Below are positions 1-9,129 of a stretch of DNA of 64,000 bases, one piece after another; within the stretch, counting starts at the first letter, position 1; each line of letters opens with the position of its first letter. The DNA comes from an uncultured Bacteroidales bacterium. Its GTDB lineage: Bacteria; Bacteroidota; Bacteroidia; Bacteroidales; Bacteroidaceae. The stretch spans positions 15,124 to 79,123 of the forward strand of contig CAMYYY010000005.1 in NCBI GenBank assembly GCA_947303715.1, in the 5' to 3' direction. The notes under the pieces are model-generated. The model did not search any database. It was not told where the DNA came from and saw nothing but the letters and a program-made list of their open reading frames with translations. The translations under genes and the position numbers were made by a program.

Positions 1-2163
1 ATACTTGGTGTCGAAATTGGTGTAGGCGCGGGACACTTCGGGAGCTTCGTTCAGGGCATCGATGAACTGGCGTGTGACACGGAGCAAGTCCTCGGTGGAG
101 CCGCCTTTCTTGTCCTGCACATAGAGTTCAAAGCCGCTGCCTACGCCATAACCGCTGATCATGGGGCGTGTGGAGAGGCGTATCTGGGCGGCGGTGATGG
201 GAGCCGTACGGCGGTAGATCTCTGCCATGACGGATTGGTAGTCGTCGTTCTTGCCCTTACGTTCATTCCAGTTCTTTAGACGAATGTTGAAACTGCCAGC
301 TGACGAGGTGTTCTCGAAACGGGCATTTGCGCCAACGATAGAGGAGTAGAGCTCGATTTGAGGGATATCCTCAATGGCTTCCTTCACTTCGTCTGAAATC
401 TTGGTCATCTCGGCCATGCTGGTGCCTGGCGATGCCTGTACGTTGATGCTGATGGACCCTAGGTCCTCCTGCGGTACAAGACCCGTCTTAGTCGTCATCA
501 TGAGTATGACGAGACCGGCAATGGAAGCTACGACTAGCGCTCCCGTGAGCCACCTTCTTTTAAAAAGGAAGAGGACGCCGTGTTTGTAGCGGTCGAGCAC
601 ACGCTGGAATCCTATTTGGAACGTGTCGTGAAAGCGGTCGGAGAAACTCTTCTTCTCTTCCTCGCTCGTTCGGGGTCGCATCAGCAGGGCACATAAGGCA
701 GGGCATAGGGTGAGCGAGTTGAGGCAGGATAGGGCCACGGCGACGGCCATGGTGATGCCGAACTGGGTGTAGAAGATGCCCGATGTGCCCCCCATGAAGC
801 AGACGGGAATGAACACGGCCATAAACACCAACGTGCAGGTGAAGATGGCTCCTGTCAGCCCATGCATGGCGTTGATGGTGGCCTGGTAGGGTGATGTATG
901 CCCTTCCTCGAACTTGGCCTGCACAGCCTCCACCACCACGATGGAGTTATCCACTACCGTGCCGATGACAAGAACCAAGGCAAAGAGTGTCAAGAGGTTA
1001 AGGCTGAATCCCGCCGCATAGATACAGGCAAACGTTCCCACCAATGATATGACAATAGACAGCGCAGGGATGAGCGTAGCACGGAAATCCTGAAGGAAAA
1101 GATAGACCACCAGAATGACGAGAACCAGGGCAATGAGCAGGGTGATGAGGACATTGCGGATGGAAGCATCGAGGAAGTCCTTGATGTTCATGATGGTGGC
1201 CATCTTCATGCCGTCGGGAAGTTCTTTTTCGAAGTCGGCAACGACTTTCTCTATCTGGTTGATGACAGCAACAGCGTTGGAGCCAGCTGTCTGCACAATC
1301 TGACAGTTGGAGGAGGGATGTCCGTTGACTTCACCCCGGAAGGTGTAGTTGAGTGCGCCAAGCTCGACGGTAGCTACGTCGCCCAGACGCAGCACGCGGC
1401 CGTCAGGCAGCGACTTGATGACCATCTTCTCGTAATCGACCTCCTCCTCATAACGTCCGCGGTATTTGAGCGTATATTGGAAGGCGTTCTCCGACTCGGC
1501 GCCCAGCGTGCCAGTCGGGGATTCGATGTTCTGCTCGTCCAATACGGTCGTGATATCCGAGGGCACCAGATTATAGGACGCCATTTTATTGGGGTCGAGC
1601 CAGATGCGCATGGAGTAGGCTGCGCCGAATATGTTCACCTCGCCTACACCAGGAATACGCGAAAGACGAGGTTCAAGATTGATCTTAAGATAGTTCGTCA
1701 GGAAGTTCTGCGGGTACTTGTCGTTGGGACTGTAGAGCGATATCTGCATCAGCGTACTGGTCTGGCGTTTGCGGACGGTGACGCCGGCGCGGGTCACCTC
1801 GCTCGGCAGGAGTCCCTGTGCTGAGGCCACGCGGTTCTGCACGTTTACCATAGCCATATCGGGGTCGGTACCCTGGCGGAAGAAAATGGCGATGCTGGCT
1901 GAGCCGGAGTTGCTGGCCGTAGAGGTCATGTACATCATGTTCTCTACGCCGTTCAGCGACTCCTCCAAGGGTACGATAACGCTTTTCTGTACCGTCTCGG
2001 CGCTGGCGCCCGTGTAGTTGGCATTGACGCGTACGGTGGGAGGAGCGATGTCGGGATACTGCTCAATGGGCAGCTGAAGCAGGGCAATGATGCCTATGAG
2101 GAGAATGGCAATGGAGATGACAGCCGAGAGAATAGGCCTGTCTATGAAGGTCTTGATATTCAT
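1..2163 (-). CDS. Efflux RND transporter permease (AcrB/HAE1-like); 3' end lies beyond window start
   Basis: Absent from the ORF track because there is no stop in the window. The minus frame is open from ATG at 2163 to base 1. My translation begins MNIKTFIDRPILSAVISIAILLIGIIALLQLPIEQYPDIAPPTVRVNANYTGASAE, a canonical AcrB-family N-terminus. It starts 11 nt after the adaptor gene. Confidence 0.85.
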   Translation of the reverse strand, partial: MNIKTFIDRPILSAVISIAILLIGIIALLQLPIEQYPDIAPPTVRVNANYTGASAETVQKSVIVPLEESLNGVENMMYMTSTASNSGSASIAIFFRQGTDPDMAMVNVQNRVASAQGLLPSEVTRAGVTVRKRQTSTLMQISLYSPNDKYPQNFLTNYLKINLEPRLSRIPGVGEVNIFGAAYSMRIWLDPNKMASYNLVPSDITTVLDEQNIESPTGTLGAESENAFQYTLKYRGRYEEEVDYEKMVIKSLPDGRVLRLGDVATVELGALNYTFRGEVNGHPSSNCQIVQTAGSNAVAVINQIEKVVADFEKELPDGMKMATIMNIKDFLDASIRNVLITLLIALVLVILVVYLFLQDFRATLIPALSIVISLVGTFACIYAAGFSLNLLTLFALVLVIGTVVDNSIVVVEAVQAKFEEGHTSPYQATINAMHGLTGAIFTCTLVFMAVFIPVCFMGGTSGIFYTQFGITMAVAVALSCLNSLTLCPALCALLMRPRTSEEEKKSFSDRFHDTFQIGFQRVLDRYKHGVLFLFKRRWLTGALVVASIAGLVILMMTTKTGLVPQEDLGSISINVQASPGTSMAEMTKISDEVKEAIEDIPQIELYSSIVGANARFENTSSAGSFNIRLKNWNERKGKNDDYQSVMAEIYRRTAPITAAQIRLSTRPMISGYGVGSGFELYVQDKKGGSTEDLLRVTRQFIDALNEAPEVSRAYTNFDTKY

Positions 2164-2174
2164 GGCTCGAAGGG

Positions 2175-3287
2175 TCAGTCAGCTGGTTTCACTTTCGTAC
2201 CGTCTTTCAACAGACCGGCTCCTTCGGCAATAAGCACGTCGCCCGCCTGTATGCCGCACTCTACCACGAAATCCGTTCCGTTGTTGAGTCGGAAAACCTT
2301 GACCTCGGTGCTGCGGGCTATGCCGTCAACGACCTTGAAGACGAATTTCTTCTCCTGTATTTCGTAGGTGGCGGCTTGGGGAATGACGAGACAATCCGTC
2401 AGTACCGTGGGGATGACGACGGAAGCGTTGGCGCCGCTTAGCAGCAGGTGGTCGGGATTGGGGAAGTCGGCCCGAAGTTGTACAGCTCCCGTTTTCGTGT
2501 CCACAATTCCGCTGACAGCACCCAGGTGCCCCTTTTGAGGGTAGGGCTGACCATTGCTCATGATAAGCTCCACGTCGGTGAGGCCTTTCAGGAACTCTTC
2601 GGCCGAGCCGTATTGCTGCTGCATGTCCAATACGCGGTTTTCGTTCATGGAGAAGTAGGCATAGACCTCGCTGTCGTCGCTGACGGTAACGAGAGGCTCG
2701 GCGATGTTGCTGCTTACTAAGGCTCCAACGCGGTAGGGAATCATACCCGCCAATCCATCCACAGGACTCTTGACTTCCGTGTAGGAGAGGTTGTTGGCAG
2801 CGTTGGTGAGCTGGGCTTTGGCTTGGGCTAGCGTGGCTTCGGCCGAGGCAAGGTCGCTGAGGGCCATCTGCAAGTCGTATTCCGAGACAACCTGTTTCTC
2901 GTAGAGCTTGGTTTTGCTGTCGGCAGTCAGTCGTTTGGCGGCAACAGCGGTTTCTGCGCTTTTCACATTGGCACGAGCCACCTCCAAGGCAGCCTTGTAG
3001 GGTACTTGGTCAATGATGAATAACGTCTGCCCTTTTCGCACCCGGTCTCCTTCACGAATGCGGATGGCGGTGATTATGCCGCTCACCTGCGGACGCACCT
3101 CCACCAGCTGGCGTCCCTGCAGCTTGGCGGTATAGTCCGTCTTCAGGGTTTGTGTGGATGTACCTACAGTAAATGTCTTGTACGTGGCGCCTTCGCCCTT
3201 TCCGGAGTCGGAATGTCGTGCGTTACATGCACAGAATGTGCCTATTACTGTGAGCAGACAGCAGATATAAAAAAGGACTTTTCTCAT
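2175..3287 (-). CDS. Efflux RND periplasmic adaptor (membrane fusion protein)
   Basis: Track ORF is 2175-3320. The lipoprotein-like signal MRKVLFYICCLLTVIGTFCAC starts at ATG 3287, downstream of a -7 box at 3308-3315, so 3287 is preferred. The HlyD/AcrA-like coiled-coil and barrel sequence directly precedes an RND pump. Confidence 0.85.
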   Translation of the reverse strand: MRKVLFYICCLLTVIGTFCACNARHSDSGKGEGATYKTFTVGTSTQTLKTDYTAKLQGRQLVEVRPQVSGIITAIRIREGDRVRKGQTLFIIDQVPYKAALEVARANVKSAETAVAAKRLTADSKTKLYEKQVVSEYDLQMALSDLASAEATLAQAKAQLTNAANNLSYTEVKSPVDGLAGMIPYRVGALVSSNIAEPLVTVSDDSEVYAYFSMNENRVLDMQQQYGSAEEFLKGLTDVELIMSNGQPYPQKGHLGAVSGIVDTKTGAVQLRADFPNPDHLLLSGANASVVIPTVLTDCLVIPQAATYEIQEKKFVFKVVDGIARSTEVKVFRLNNGTDFVVECGIQAGDVLIAEGAGLLKDGTKVKPAD

Positions 3288-3307
3288 GGTAATGAAAAAC
3301 TGATGCG

Positions 3308-3315
3308 CAAATATA
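3308..3315 (-). promoter_or_regulatory. -7 promoter box (TATATTTG on minus strand) for adaptor/RND operon
   Basis: Plus strand reads CAAATATA, which matches the Bacteroides TAnnTTTG consensus. It lies 20 nt upstream of ATG 3287. Confidence 0.55.
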
Positions 3316-3369
3316 GGCATTTATTTCGTTTTTCTATCACTTTTTTTGTCCTTTTTTTACATAAAAATC

Positions 3370-3825
3370 TTATTCGTGTTCCATGAGTCGCTTGCGGGCA
3401 ACCTCCTCCCACGGCGTACCGGGACGGCCGTAGTTGGCATAAGGCCAGATGGAGATGCCGCCACGGGGAGTGAAAAAGCCGGTAACCTCGATATACTTCG
3501 GATCCATGAGACGGATGAGGTCTTTCATGATGATGTTGACGCAGTCCTCGTGGAAGTCGCCGTGACTACGGAAGGAGAAGAGGTAGAGTTTGAGGCTCTT
3601 GCTCTCTACCATGCGGCGGTCGGGGACGTAGGCGATGCGGATTTCGGCAAAATCGGGTTGGCCTGTAATGGGGCAAAGAGTAGTGAATTCGGGGCAGTTG
3701 AAGCGCACCCAGTAGTCGTTGTCTGTGTGGCGGTTCTCGAAGGTTTCGAGCACTTCGGGGGCATAGTCCTGACGGTACTCGGTTTTGCGCCCTAACGCTT
3801 GCAGATGGTCTTGTTCGCGGTTCAT
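3370..3825 (-). CDS. queF: NADPH-dependent 7-cyano-7-deazaguanine (preQ0) reductase
   Basis: 151 aa with [17 protein letters not shown] (catalytic Cys region) and the [14 protein letters not shown] QueF motif. Adjacent to queC. Confidence 0.93.
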   Translation of the reverse strand: MNREQDHLQALGRKTEYRQDYAPEVLETFENRHTDNDYWVRFNCPEFTTLCPITGQPDFAEIRIAYVPDRRMVESKSLKLYLFSFRSHGDFHEDCVNIIMKDLIRLMDPKYIEVTGFFTPRGGISIWPYANYGRPGTPWEEVARKRLMEHE

Positions 3826-3831
3826 ATCTTA

Positions 3832-4503
3832 TTATTCATTTTCATTCTTCATTTTCAAATACTCTTCCAGTCCTTTGCGGCGGAGGTGGCAGGCGGGGCA
3901 GTTGCCGCAGCCGTCGCCGGGGATGCCGTTGTAGCATGTGAGGGTGCGCTGGCGGACGATGTCGAAGACGCCAAGGCTGTCGGCCAATGCCCACGTCTCG
4001 CACTTGTCCTTCCACATCAGAGGGGTGTGGAGGACGAACTGTTCCTCCATAGCAAGGTTGAGCGTGACGTTTAGCGAGCGGATGAAAGAGTCGCGGCAGT
4101 CAGGGTAGCCGGAAAAATCGGTTTGCGAGACGCCTGTGACGATGTTCATGATGCCCTTTTCGCGGGCATGGACGGCTGCGATAGAGAGGAAGAACAGATT
4201 CCTGCCCGGCACGAAGGTGTTGGGAGGTGTGTCGGCAGGCTTTTCAGAATCCATCTTTATGGAATCGTCGGTAAGCGAACACCCCGTGCTGAGCTGGCTG
4301 ACGAAGGGGATGTCCATGATGGTAATGGGGACACCTGCTTCGGCTGCGAGCTCACGGGCGATGTCCACTTCGCAGACGTGGCGTTGGCCGTAGCGGAAGG
4401 TGATGGCATGCACGTCAGGCCATTGTGTCTTGGCCCAATAGAGGCACGTGGTGCTATCCTGTCCGCCCGAAAAGACCACGAGGGCTTTATTTCTGTCTAA
4501 CAT
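3832..4503 (-). CDS. queC: 7-cyano-7-deazaguanine synthase
   Basis: 223 aa with the PP-loop [13 protein letters not shown] and a C-terminal Zn-binding Cys cluster [19 protein letters not shown]. Confidence 0.95.
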   Translation of the reverse strand: MLDRNKALVVFSGGQDSTTCLYWAKTQWPDVHAITFRYGQRHVCEVDIARELAAEAGVPITIMDIPFVSQLSTGCSLTDDSIKMDSEKPADTPPNTFVPGRNLFFLSIAAVHAREKGIMNIVTGVSQTDFSGYPDCRDSFIRSLNVTLNLAMEEQFVLHTPLMWKDKCETWALADSLGVFDIVRQRTLTCYNGIPGDGCGNCPACHLRRKGLEEYLKMKNENE

Positions 4504-4510
4504 ATTGGTT

Positions 4511-4611
4511 TGATTGTTTAATGTTTAACGTTTAATGTTTAACGAACATGTCCTATTATTTCCTTTCACCAGCGCCAGCTTCGTTAAACCTTAAACGTTC
4601 TCCGTTAAACC
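4511..4611. repeat. Palindromic (GTTTAAY)n element, copy A (opposite orientation to copy B)
   Basis: TGTTTAATGTTTAACGTTTAATGTTTAACGAACATGTCCT...CAGCGCCAGCTTCGTTAAACCTTAAACGTT fills the yhhQ-queC intergenic gap. Confidence 0.85.
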
Positions 4612-4616
4612 ATTTT

Positions 4617-5309
4617 TCAGAGTTCTTTAATTTTGAAAATGTTGTAGGAGACGTTCGTGTCGTAGGCATCCACGCCTTCGCGGCGCTTCATGTAGCGGAC
4701 AACGCGCGTAGTCAACGGCAGGGCAATAACCTCGTAAAGCGTCTTTGCCGTTACCTGCAGCAGCATCAGCTTCCCCAATTCGTGGATGGGCATCAATCCT
4801 CCGAAGGCCATGGGGAAGAAGATGAGCGAGTCGGCGCCTTCGCCCACCAGCGTACTGAGGATAGCGCGCCAGGCAAATCGGCGTTCCTTGTCGCGCAGCT
4901 TCAGGCGGCTCATCACCCAGGCATTGAGGAACGAGCCGATGAGGAATGCCGTCAGGCTGGCTACGGCGATGCGCGGAGCGAGGCCGAAGACAAAGCGGAA
5001 CGCCTCGTCGCCCTCCCAGAACGGGGCAGCAGGAAGTGCAACGGCGATACCCCCCATCGTGACAACGAAGAAATTCATCAGGAACCCCATCCAGATGATG
5101 AGCCTCGCCTTGCGGAAGCCCCACACCTCGGCGATGCAGTCGTTGAGGATGTACGAAATGGGGAATACGATGAAGCCTGCCGTCATGGAGAATGAGCCTA
5201 CTTGCACGATTTTCGTCTCGAACAGATTGGCAGCAATGAGGCAGACGCAGAACAGTATCCCCATAATCATGAAGGATACACTAACGGTTTTTTTACTGTT
5301 TTCTTGCAT
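4617..5309 (-). CDS. yhhQ: Queuosine-precursor transporter (YhhQ/DUF165, VUT family)
   Basis: 230-aa multi-pass membrane protein (FPISYILNDCIAEVWG...) of the COG1738 type. First gene of the yhhQ-queC-queF string. Confidence 0.85.
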   Translation of the reverse strand: MQENSKKTVSVSFMIMGILFCVCLIAANLFETKIVQVGSFSMTAGFIVFPISYILNDCIAEVWGFRKARLIIWMGFLMNFFVVTMGGIAVALPAAPFWEGDEAFRFVFGLAPRIAVASLTAFLIGSFLNAWVMSRLKLRDKERRFAWRAILSTLVGEGADSLIFFPMAFGGLMPIHELGKLMLLQVTAKTLYEVIALPLTTRVVRYMKRREGVDAYDTNVSYNIFKIKEL

Positions 5310-5311
5310 AT

Positions 5312-5341
5312 CTTGTTTTTTACGTGGTTTTCAAGCACACG
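5312..5341 (-). promoter_or_regulatory. Candidate preQ1-I riboswitch aptamer
   Basis: Minus-strand RNA is CGUGUGCUUGAAAACCACGUAAAAAACAAG followed by AU-AUG. P1 is CGUG/CACG, with an unpaired C before the P1 3' strand. The loop CUUG can pair with CAAG after a UAAAAAA tract to form an H-type pseudoknot. It ends 2 nt before the yhhQ ATG. Confidence 0.55.
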
Positions 5342-5382
5342 GCAGCTGCACTTCGCAAAGCCGCTATTGTTTTTAAAATGTT

Positions 5383-6900
5383 TTAATTTCCAACAAACAC
5401 TTTCCTTGTCGTGCCGTCGGATTGCCTCTCTATGCAAAGTCCCTTAGGGCTTTCCATCCTTCGTCCGTGAAGGTCAAAGAATATACTCCCTGGCTTTTTA
5501 CTTTTATCTACCTTCGGATTGTCGATGAGTGTATCGTCGTTATCAATCATGAAGATAAAGGTGTTGAGGCTGCGTGGGGGCATGGTGGTTAGATATTCCT
5601 CTATGGGCTCGCTGATGTCTAAGGGTATTTCCTTACAGAGGGCATCGTTGCCCGTTGATTGCAGGAGGGTGCCACTCTTCACTTTGAAGGGGAACTTGAT
5701 TTTCAGGTCGTTTCCAGTTTTGGTGGTATCAATAGCCATCACGATGAGCGAGTCGCCCTTGATATAGGCCGAATTCTCGAAGTATCCATTTGTGGTAGCT
5801 GAGATGTTGCATTGGGTGCCCAGACGAGTGGAGCCTGTGACGTGCTTCGAGAAGTGTGACATGACGTAGGCACGCGGCAGCAGCTTGTTCTTTGTGTTGC
5901 CTGGATTGTACTTCGACTCGCCCGTGCCGACGAAGGCCCAATGAGCACGCATGTACCAATAGATGTAGCCCGTGCAGCCAGCCTGCATACACTCGTTCAG
6001 CTCTTCGGCGAAAAGCAGTTGTTCATGCCAGTTCGGCAGACGGTTGATATTGTCTGTCACGGAGTGCTCAGTCATCCACACCTCCTTGCCGTACTTTTCC
6101 GCCAGGACGGCAGCACTCTTCATGTTCCCCAATGGCGGATGGCCGTAGAGATGCCCTGCGATGATGTCAATCTGCTCGCGCGTCGTTTCGTTCCGCAACA
6201 GCATGTCGGAGTATTTGGGGTCGAAGCCCAGAGGCTCGGCACTAATCAGGCGTACTCCCTTGAACTTTTCCCTGTCAAGCATGTGGGCATAGTTCTTAAC
6301 AAGATTGTACTGCTGCTGAGGCGTGTAGAGGCAGCCCGAGTAGTCGACCCACCAGTCAGGCTCGTTCTGAATGGAGACGGCGTCAACGTCGACACCATTC
6401 TTCTGCATGTATTCCAGGAACGTGTTCAGCCAGGGGAAGAACTTCTCGTAGCAGTCCTCGCGCAGTTCGCCCCGTTGGTTGCCCTGATTGTCGGCATTTC
6501 CACCCTGGGCTGAGCCGTTGGTCTTATAGTCTCCTGGGGGCGACCAAGGAGTGCCGAAGACGATGCCGCCCCGTTGCTTGACAATCTTGGCTGACGGAAG
6601 CGAGCCCTTCCAGTCGTACGGAGAATCCCAATTGTTCCATTCAGGGACGATGACGTCGCCTATGAAGTTCGGCGAAATCTCCATTCGCATGATATTCAGT
6701 CCTATGGGGGAATCGGGGCCGTAAAGCAGTTTGACGGGCTGGGTGTCTGTGCCGAAGGGGCACATGGCACCATCGCAGGCAGCAGCACCAAAACCCGTCA
6801 CCGTCTGATACCGCGTGTCGTTCACGATGACGATGATGGTTCTTGCGTGGATAGCCGTAGCCATTGCCAGCACTAGAATAGAGGTTAGAATCCTTTTCAT
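5383..6900 (-). CDS. Glycoside hydrolase family 30-like enzyme with T9SS C-terminal sorting domain
   Basis: Track ORF starts at a TTG (6927) that overlaps the -7 box. ATG 6900 (MKRILTSILVLAMATAIHA signal) is preferred. It has SIQNEPDWW (NEP acid/base region) and the C-terminus FFDLHGRRM...GLCIERQSDGTTRKVFVGN typical of Por/T9SS CTDs. Confidence 0.75.
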   Translation of the reverse strand: MKRILTSILVLAMATAIHARTIIVIVNDTRYQTVTGFGAAACDGAMCPFGTDTQPVKLLYGPDSPIGLNIMRMEISPNFIGDVIVPEWNNWDSPYDWKGSLPSAKIVKQRGGIVFGTPWSPPGDYKTNGSAQGGNADNQGNQRGELREDCYEKFFPWLNTFLEYMQKNGVDVDAVSIQNEPDWWVDYSGCLYTPQQQYNLVKNYAHMLDREKFKGVRLISAEPLGFDPKYSDMLLRNETTREQIDIIAGHLYGHPPLGNMKSAAVLAEKYGKEVWMTEHSVTDNINRLPNWHEQLLFAEELNECMQAGCTGYIYWYMRAHWAFVGTGESKYNPGNTKNKLLPRAYVMSHFSKHVTGSTRLGTQCNISATTNGYFENSAYIKGDSLIVMAIDTTKTGNDLKIKFPFKVKSGTLLQSTGNDALCKEIPLDISEPIEEYLTTMPPRSLNTFIFMIDNDDTLIDNPKVDKSKKPGSIFFDLHGRRMESPKGLCIERQSDGTTRKVFVGN

Positions 6901-6924
6901 TAATGGGTAATTCAATTTCATCGG

Positions 6925-6956
6925 CAAAGATAGTGCAAGGCGGGCAAAAAAGCAAA
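6925..6956 (-). promoter_or_regulatory. Promoter (-33 TTTG, 20-nt spacer, -7 TATCTTTG) for the GH30 gene
   Basis: Plus strand has CAAAGATA at 6925-6932 and CAAA at 6953-6956. The spacer sequence CCGCCTTGCAC belongs to the dispersed promoter-cassette family. Confidence 0.7.
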
Positions 6957-7003
6957 TATATTTGAGTATTTAACTTCGTTTTCGTCCCTCACAACTCGGC
7001 AAG

Positions 7004-7087
7004 ATATTCCCTTGCTCTATTCAATTATTCCCTTATTCTATTTTTTTATTCCCTTACGCTATTTTTTTATTCGCCTATTCTATTTTC
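7004..7087 (+). repeat. Four TTATTC[CG]C[CT]T motifs at exact 21-bp phasing
   Basis: TTATTC-type motif starts fall at 7004, 7025, 7046 and 7067. A fifth, out-of-phase copy is at 7105. Confidence 0.85.
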
Positions 7088-7269
7088 TGATCAAGCCATT
7101 CGTTTTATTCGCCCAATCCGCCGACAAAAAGTGTTTATATGAACGGCAAATTATCCGAATGAAACGAATTTTCTATAGTGCTTTTTCCGCAAAACCGCAA
7201 AAAACTGTGTAGATTGTGTAGAATAACAAGCTACATCCTTTTGAAATGAAGCCATATCCCAAAGGGAGA

Positions 7270-7749
7270 TCAGAAGTATCTTCCCACGCGTTTTTTGTAG
7301 TCCAGATATTCTTGGCCGAAGTCTTGCTCTAATCGCTTCTCTTCGCTACGCACTTGCAGGGTCAGCAGAATAACTTCGGCGAGGAAAATGAGCAGCGGAA
7401 GGGCTTTCCAAAGCCAGATGAGAACGCCAGCATCATAGATGTAGATGCCCACGAGCATAGGGTTGCGGCAAATGCGGTAGGGGCCGCTGGTCATCAGCTG
7501 GCTGGTGCGTGGCGCCACCTCATGGCCGTAGGCGTCGAAGGGATTCCCCTTGCCAACGCGGCGCATATAAACGATACTCCAGATGCTGAGCGCCAGTCCG
7601 CCAACGACAAATAATGCTGCGACGATAATCCGTACGGGCGAATCAGGAACATAAAACCACATCCGTCCGGACACTAACCACATTAGGGCAGGAATGCCGA
7701 TGACGAAGATGAGCAAGCCTAAGAGATAACCGAAAGCGTGTGACTTCAT
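7270..7749 (-). CDS. Isoprenylcysteine carboxyl / phospholipid methyltransferase-family membrane protein
   Basis: 159 aa, multi-TM, with the SGPYRICRNPMLVGIYIY motif of the ICMT/PEMT family. Confidence 0.75.
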   Translation of the reverse strand: MKSHAFGYLLGLLIFVIGIPALMWLVSGRMWFYVPDSPVRIIVAALFVVGGLALSIWSIVYMRRVGKGNPFDAYGHEVAPRTSQLMTSGPYRICRNPMLVGIYIYDAGVLIWLWKALPLLIFLAEVILLTLQVRSEEKRLEQDFGQEYLDYKKRVGRYF

Positions 7750-7777
7750 GGGGAAGATTATTCTTAACTCTTAACTT

Positions 7778-9082
7778 TTAAGATATGTGGAGGCGGACTT
7801 GAAGAATGCGTCCTGGGGCGGCTTTGAGGATGGTGAACTGGGCTTCGCCGCGACCGACGGCGAGGGGGAGGTCTATTTTGTCGCCCACGACGGGGATGCT
7901 GCGATGATAATGGAGGATGAGGCCTCCGATGGTGTAGTATTCGTCGGAAACGGGAAGCTCAAGGTCAAACATCTCGTTGACTTTCTCAATCTCCAGACGG
8001 GCGGAGAGGACATAGGTGTCGTTGCCGACGGAGCGGGCTACAAGACGGGTGGTGTCGTGTTCGTCCTCGATGTCGCCGGTTAACTCCTCAAGAATATCCT
8101 CAAGGGAGACGATGCCTGCTGTACCGCCGAACTCGTCAACCACGACGGCGAGAGATTTCTTCTGCTGCATGAGGGTGGTCATGAGCTTCTGGGCGTTGGC
8201 TGTCTCAGGGACGATAGGGAGGGACTGGATATAGTTAGAAATAAGGAAAGAGGAATTAGGAATGGAGGATGATTCTGTACGGAAGAGGTCGGAGGAGTGG
8301 ATGTAGCCGACGATGTTGTCGATGGTGTCTTCGTAAACGATGATTTTGGAGTAGCCCGTCTTGACGAAGAGGCGGAGGAGCTCGTCGGGGGTGCAGTCGT
8401 TCTTGTCGATGGCGGCAATCTCGTTGCGGGGCACCATGCAGTCGCGAACGCGGAGGGTGGAGAAGTCGAGGGCGTTGCGGAAAATTTGCACCTCGGTAGA
8501 GGCGGGTTCGTCGCTGGTACCGATGCCCGACTCGATGAGGTCGTCAAGATCCATCTTGGTGAAGAGCTTGCCGGTGTTCTCCTTTTCGATGCGGATGCCT
8601 CCAATCCGGAGCAGCCCTCGTGCACACCACGTGGCGAAGAGTGAAAGAGGGTAGAGGAGGATATAGAAAAGGTAGGCAGGCAGCGAGAGATTGGCGAGGG
8701 TGCCGTTTGCGTTGCGGCGGAAGAGCATCTTGGGGATGTACTCGCCGAAGATGATGACGACGATGGTGGAGAGAATCGTGTCGATGAGCAGGAGCAACGA
8801 GTCGGAGATGCCGGGCATGAGGGCCGTGAGCCAAGGGTCGAGCAGCTTGGCCATGAGGATGCTGTAGATAACAAGCACGGCATTGTTGCCTACGAGCATG
8901 GTGGAGATATAGCTGTCGGGGTGGCGATAGAAGACGCCGAGCAGACGCGACGAGATGCTGCGGTCGGCCTTATCGACCTCGTAGCGCAGCTTGCTGCTGG
9001 AGACAAACGCTATCTCCATGCCGCTGAAGAAGGCGGAAAGAAGCAGGGCTACGATGAGGAGGACTATCTCGGCTGTACTCAT
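7778..9082 (-). CDS. CNNM/DUF21-CBS-CorC_HlyC hemolysin-family protein (GldE-like)
   Basis: 434 aa with an N-terminal 4-TM DUF21 region, a CBS pair region (VRDCMVPRNEIAAID...) and a C-terminal transporter-associated domain. Its position next to lptC is typical of Bacteroidetes. Confidence 0.8.
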   Translation of the reverse strand: MSTAEIVLLIVALLLSAFFSGMEIAFVSSSKLRYEVDKADRSISSRLLGVFYRHPDSYISTMLVGNNAVLVIYSILMAKLLDPWLTALMPGISDSLLLLIDTILSTIVVIIFGEYIPKMLFRRNANGTLANLSLPAYLFYILLYPLSLFATWCARGLLRIGGIRIEKENTGKLFTKMDLDDLIESGIGTSDEPASTEVQIFRNALDFSTLRVRDCMVPRNEIAAIDKNDCTPDELLRLFVKTGYSKIIVYEDTIDNIVGYIHSSDLFRTESSSIPNSSFLISNYIQSLPIVPETANAQKLMTTLMQQKKSLAVVVDEFGGTAGIVSLEDILEELTGDIEDEHDTTRLVARSVGNDTYVLSARLEIEKVNEMFDLELPVSDEYYTIGGLILHYHRSIPVVGDKIDLPLAVGRGEAQFTILKAAPGRILQVRLHIS

Positions 9083-9092
9083 GATGTCTTCA

Positions 9093-9129
9093 TTCTAAAC
9101 TCTTAACTCTAAACTCTTAACTCTTAACT
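9093..9129. repeat. (TCTTAAC/TCTAAAC)n heptamer spacer
   Basis: TTCTAAACTCTTAACTCTAAACTCTTAACTCTTAAC fills the whole gap between the lptC-like stop and the gldE-like start. A shorter copy sits at 7761-7780. Confidence 0.9.
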
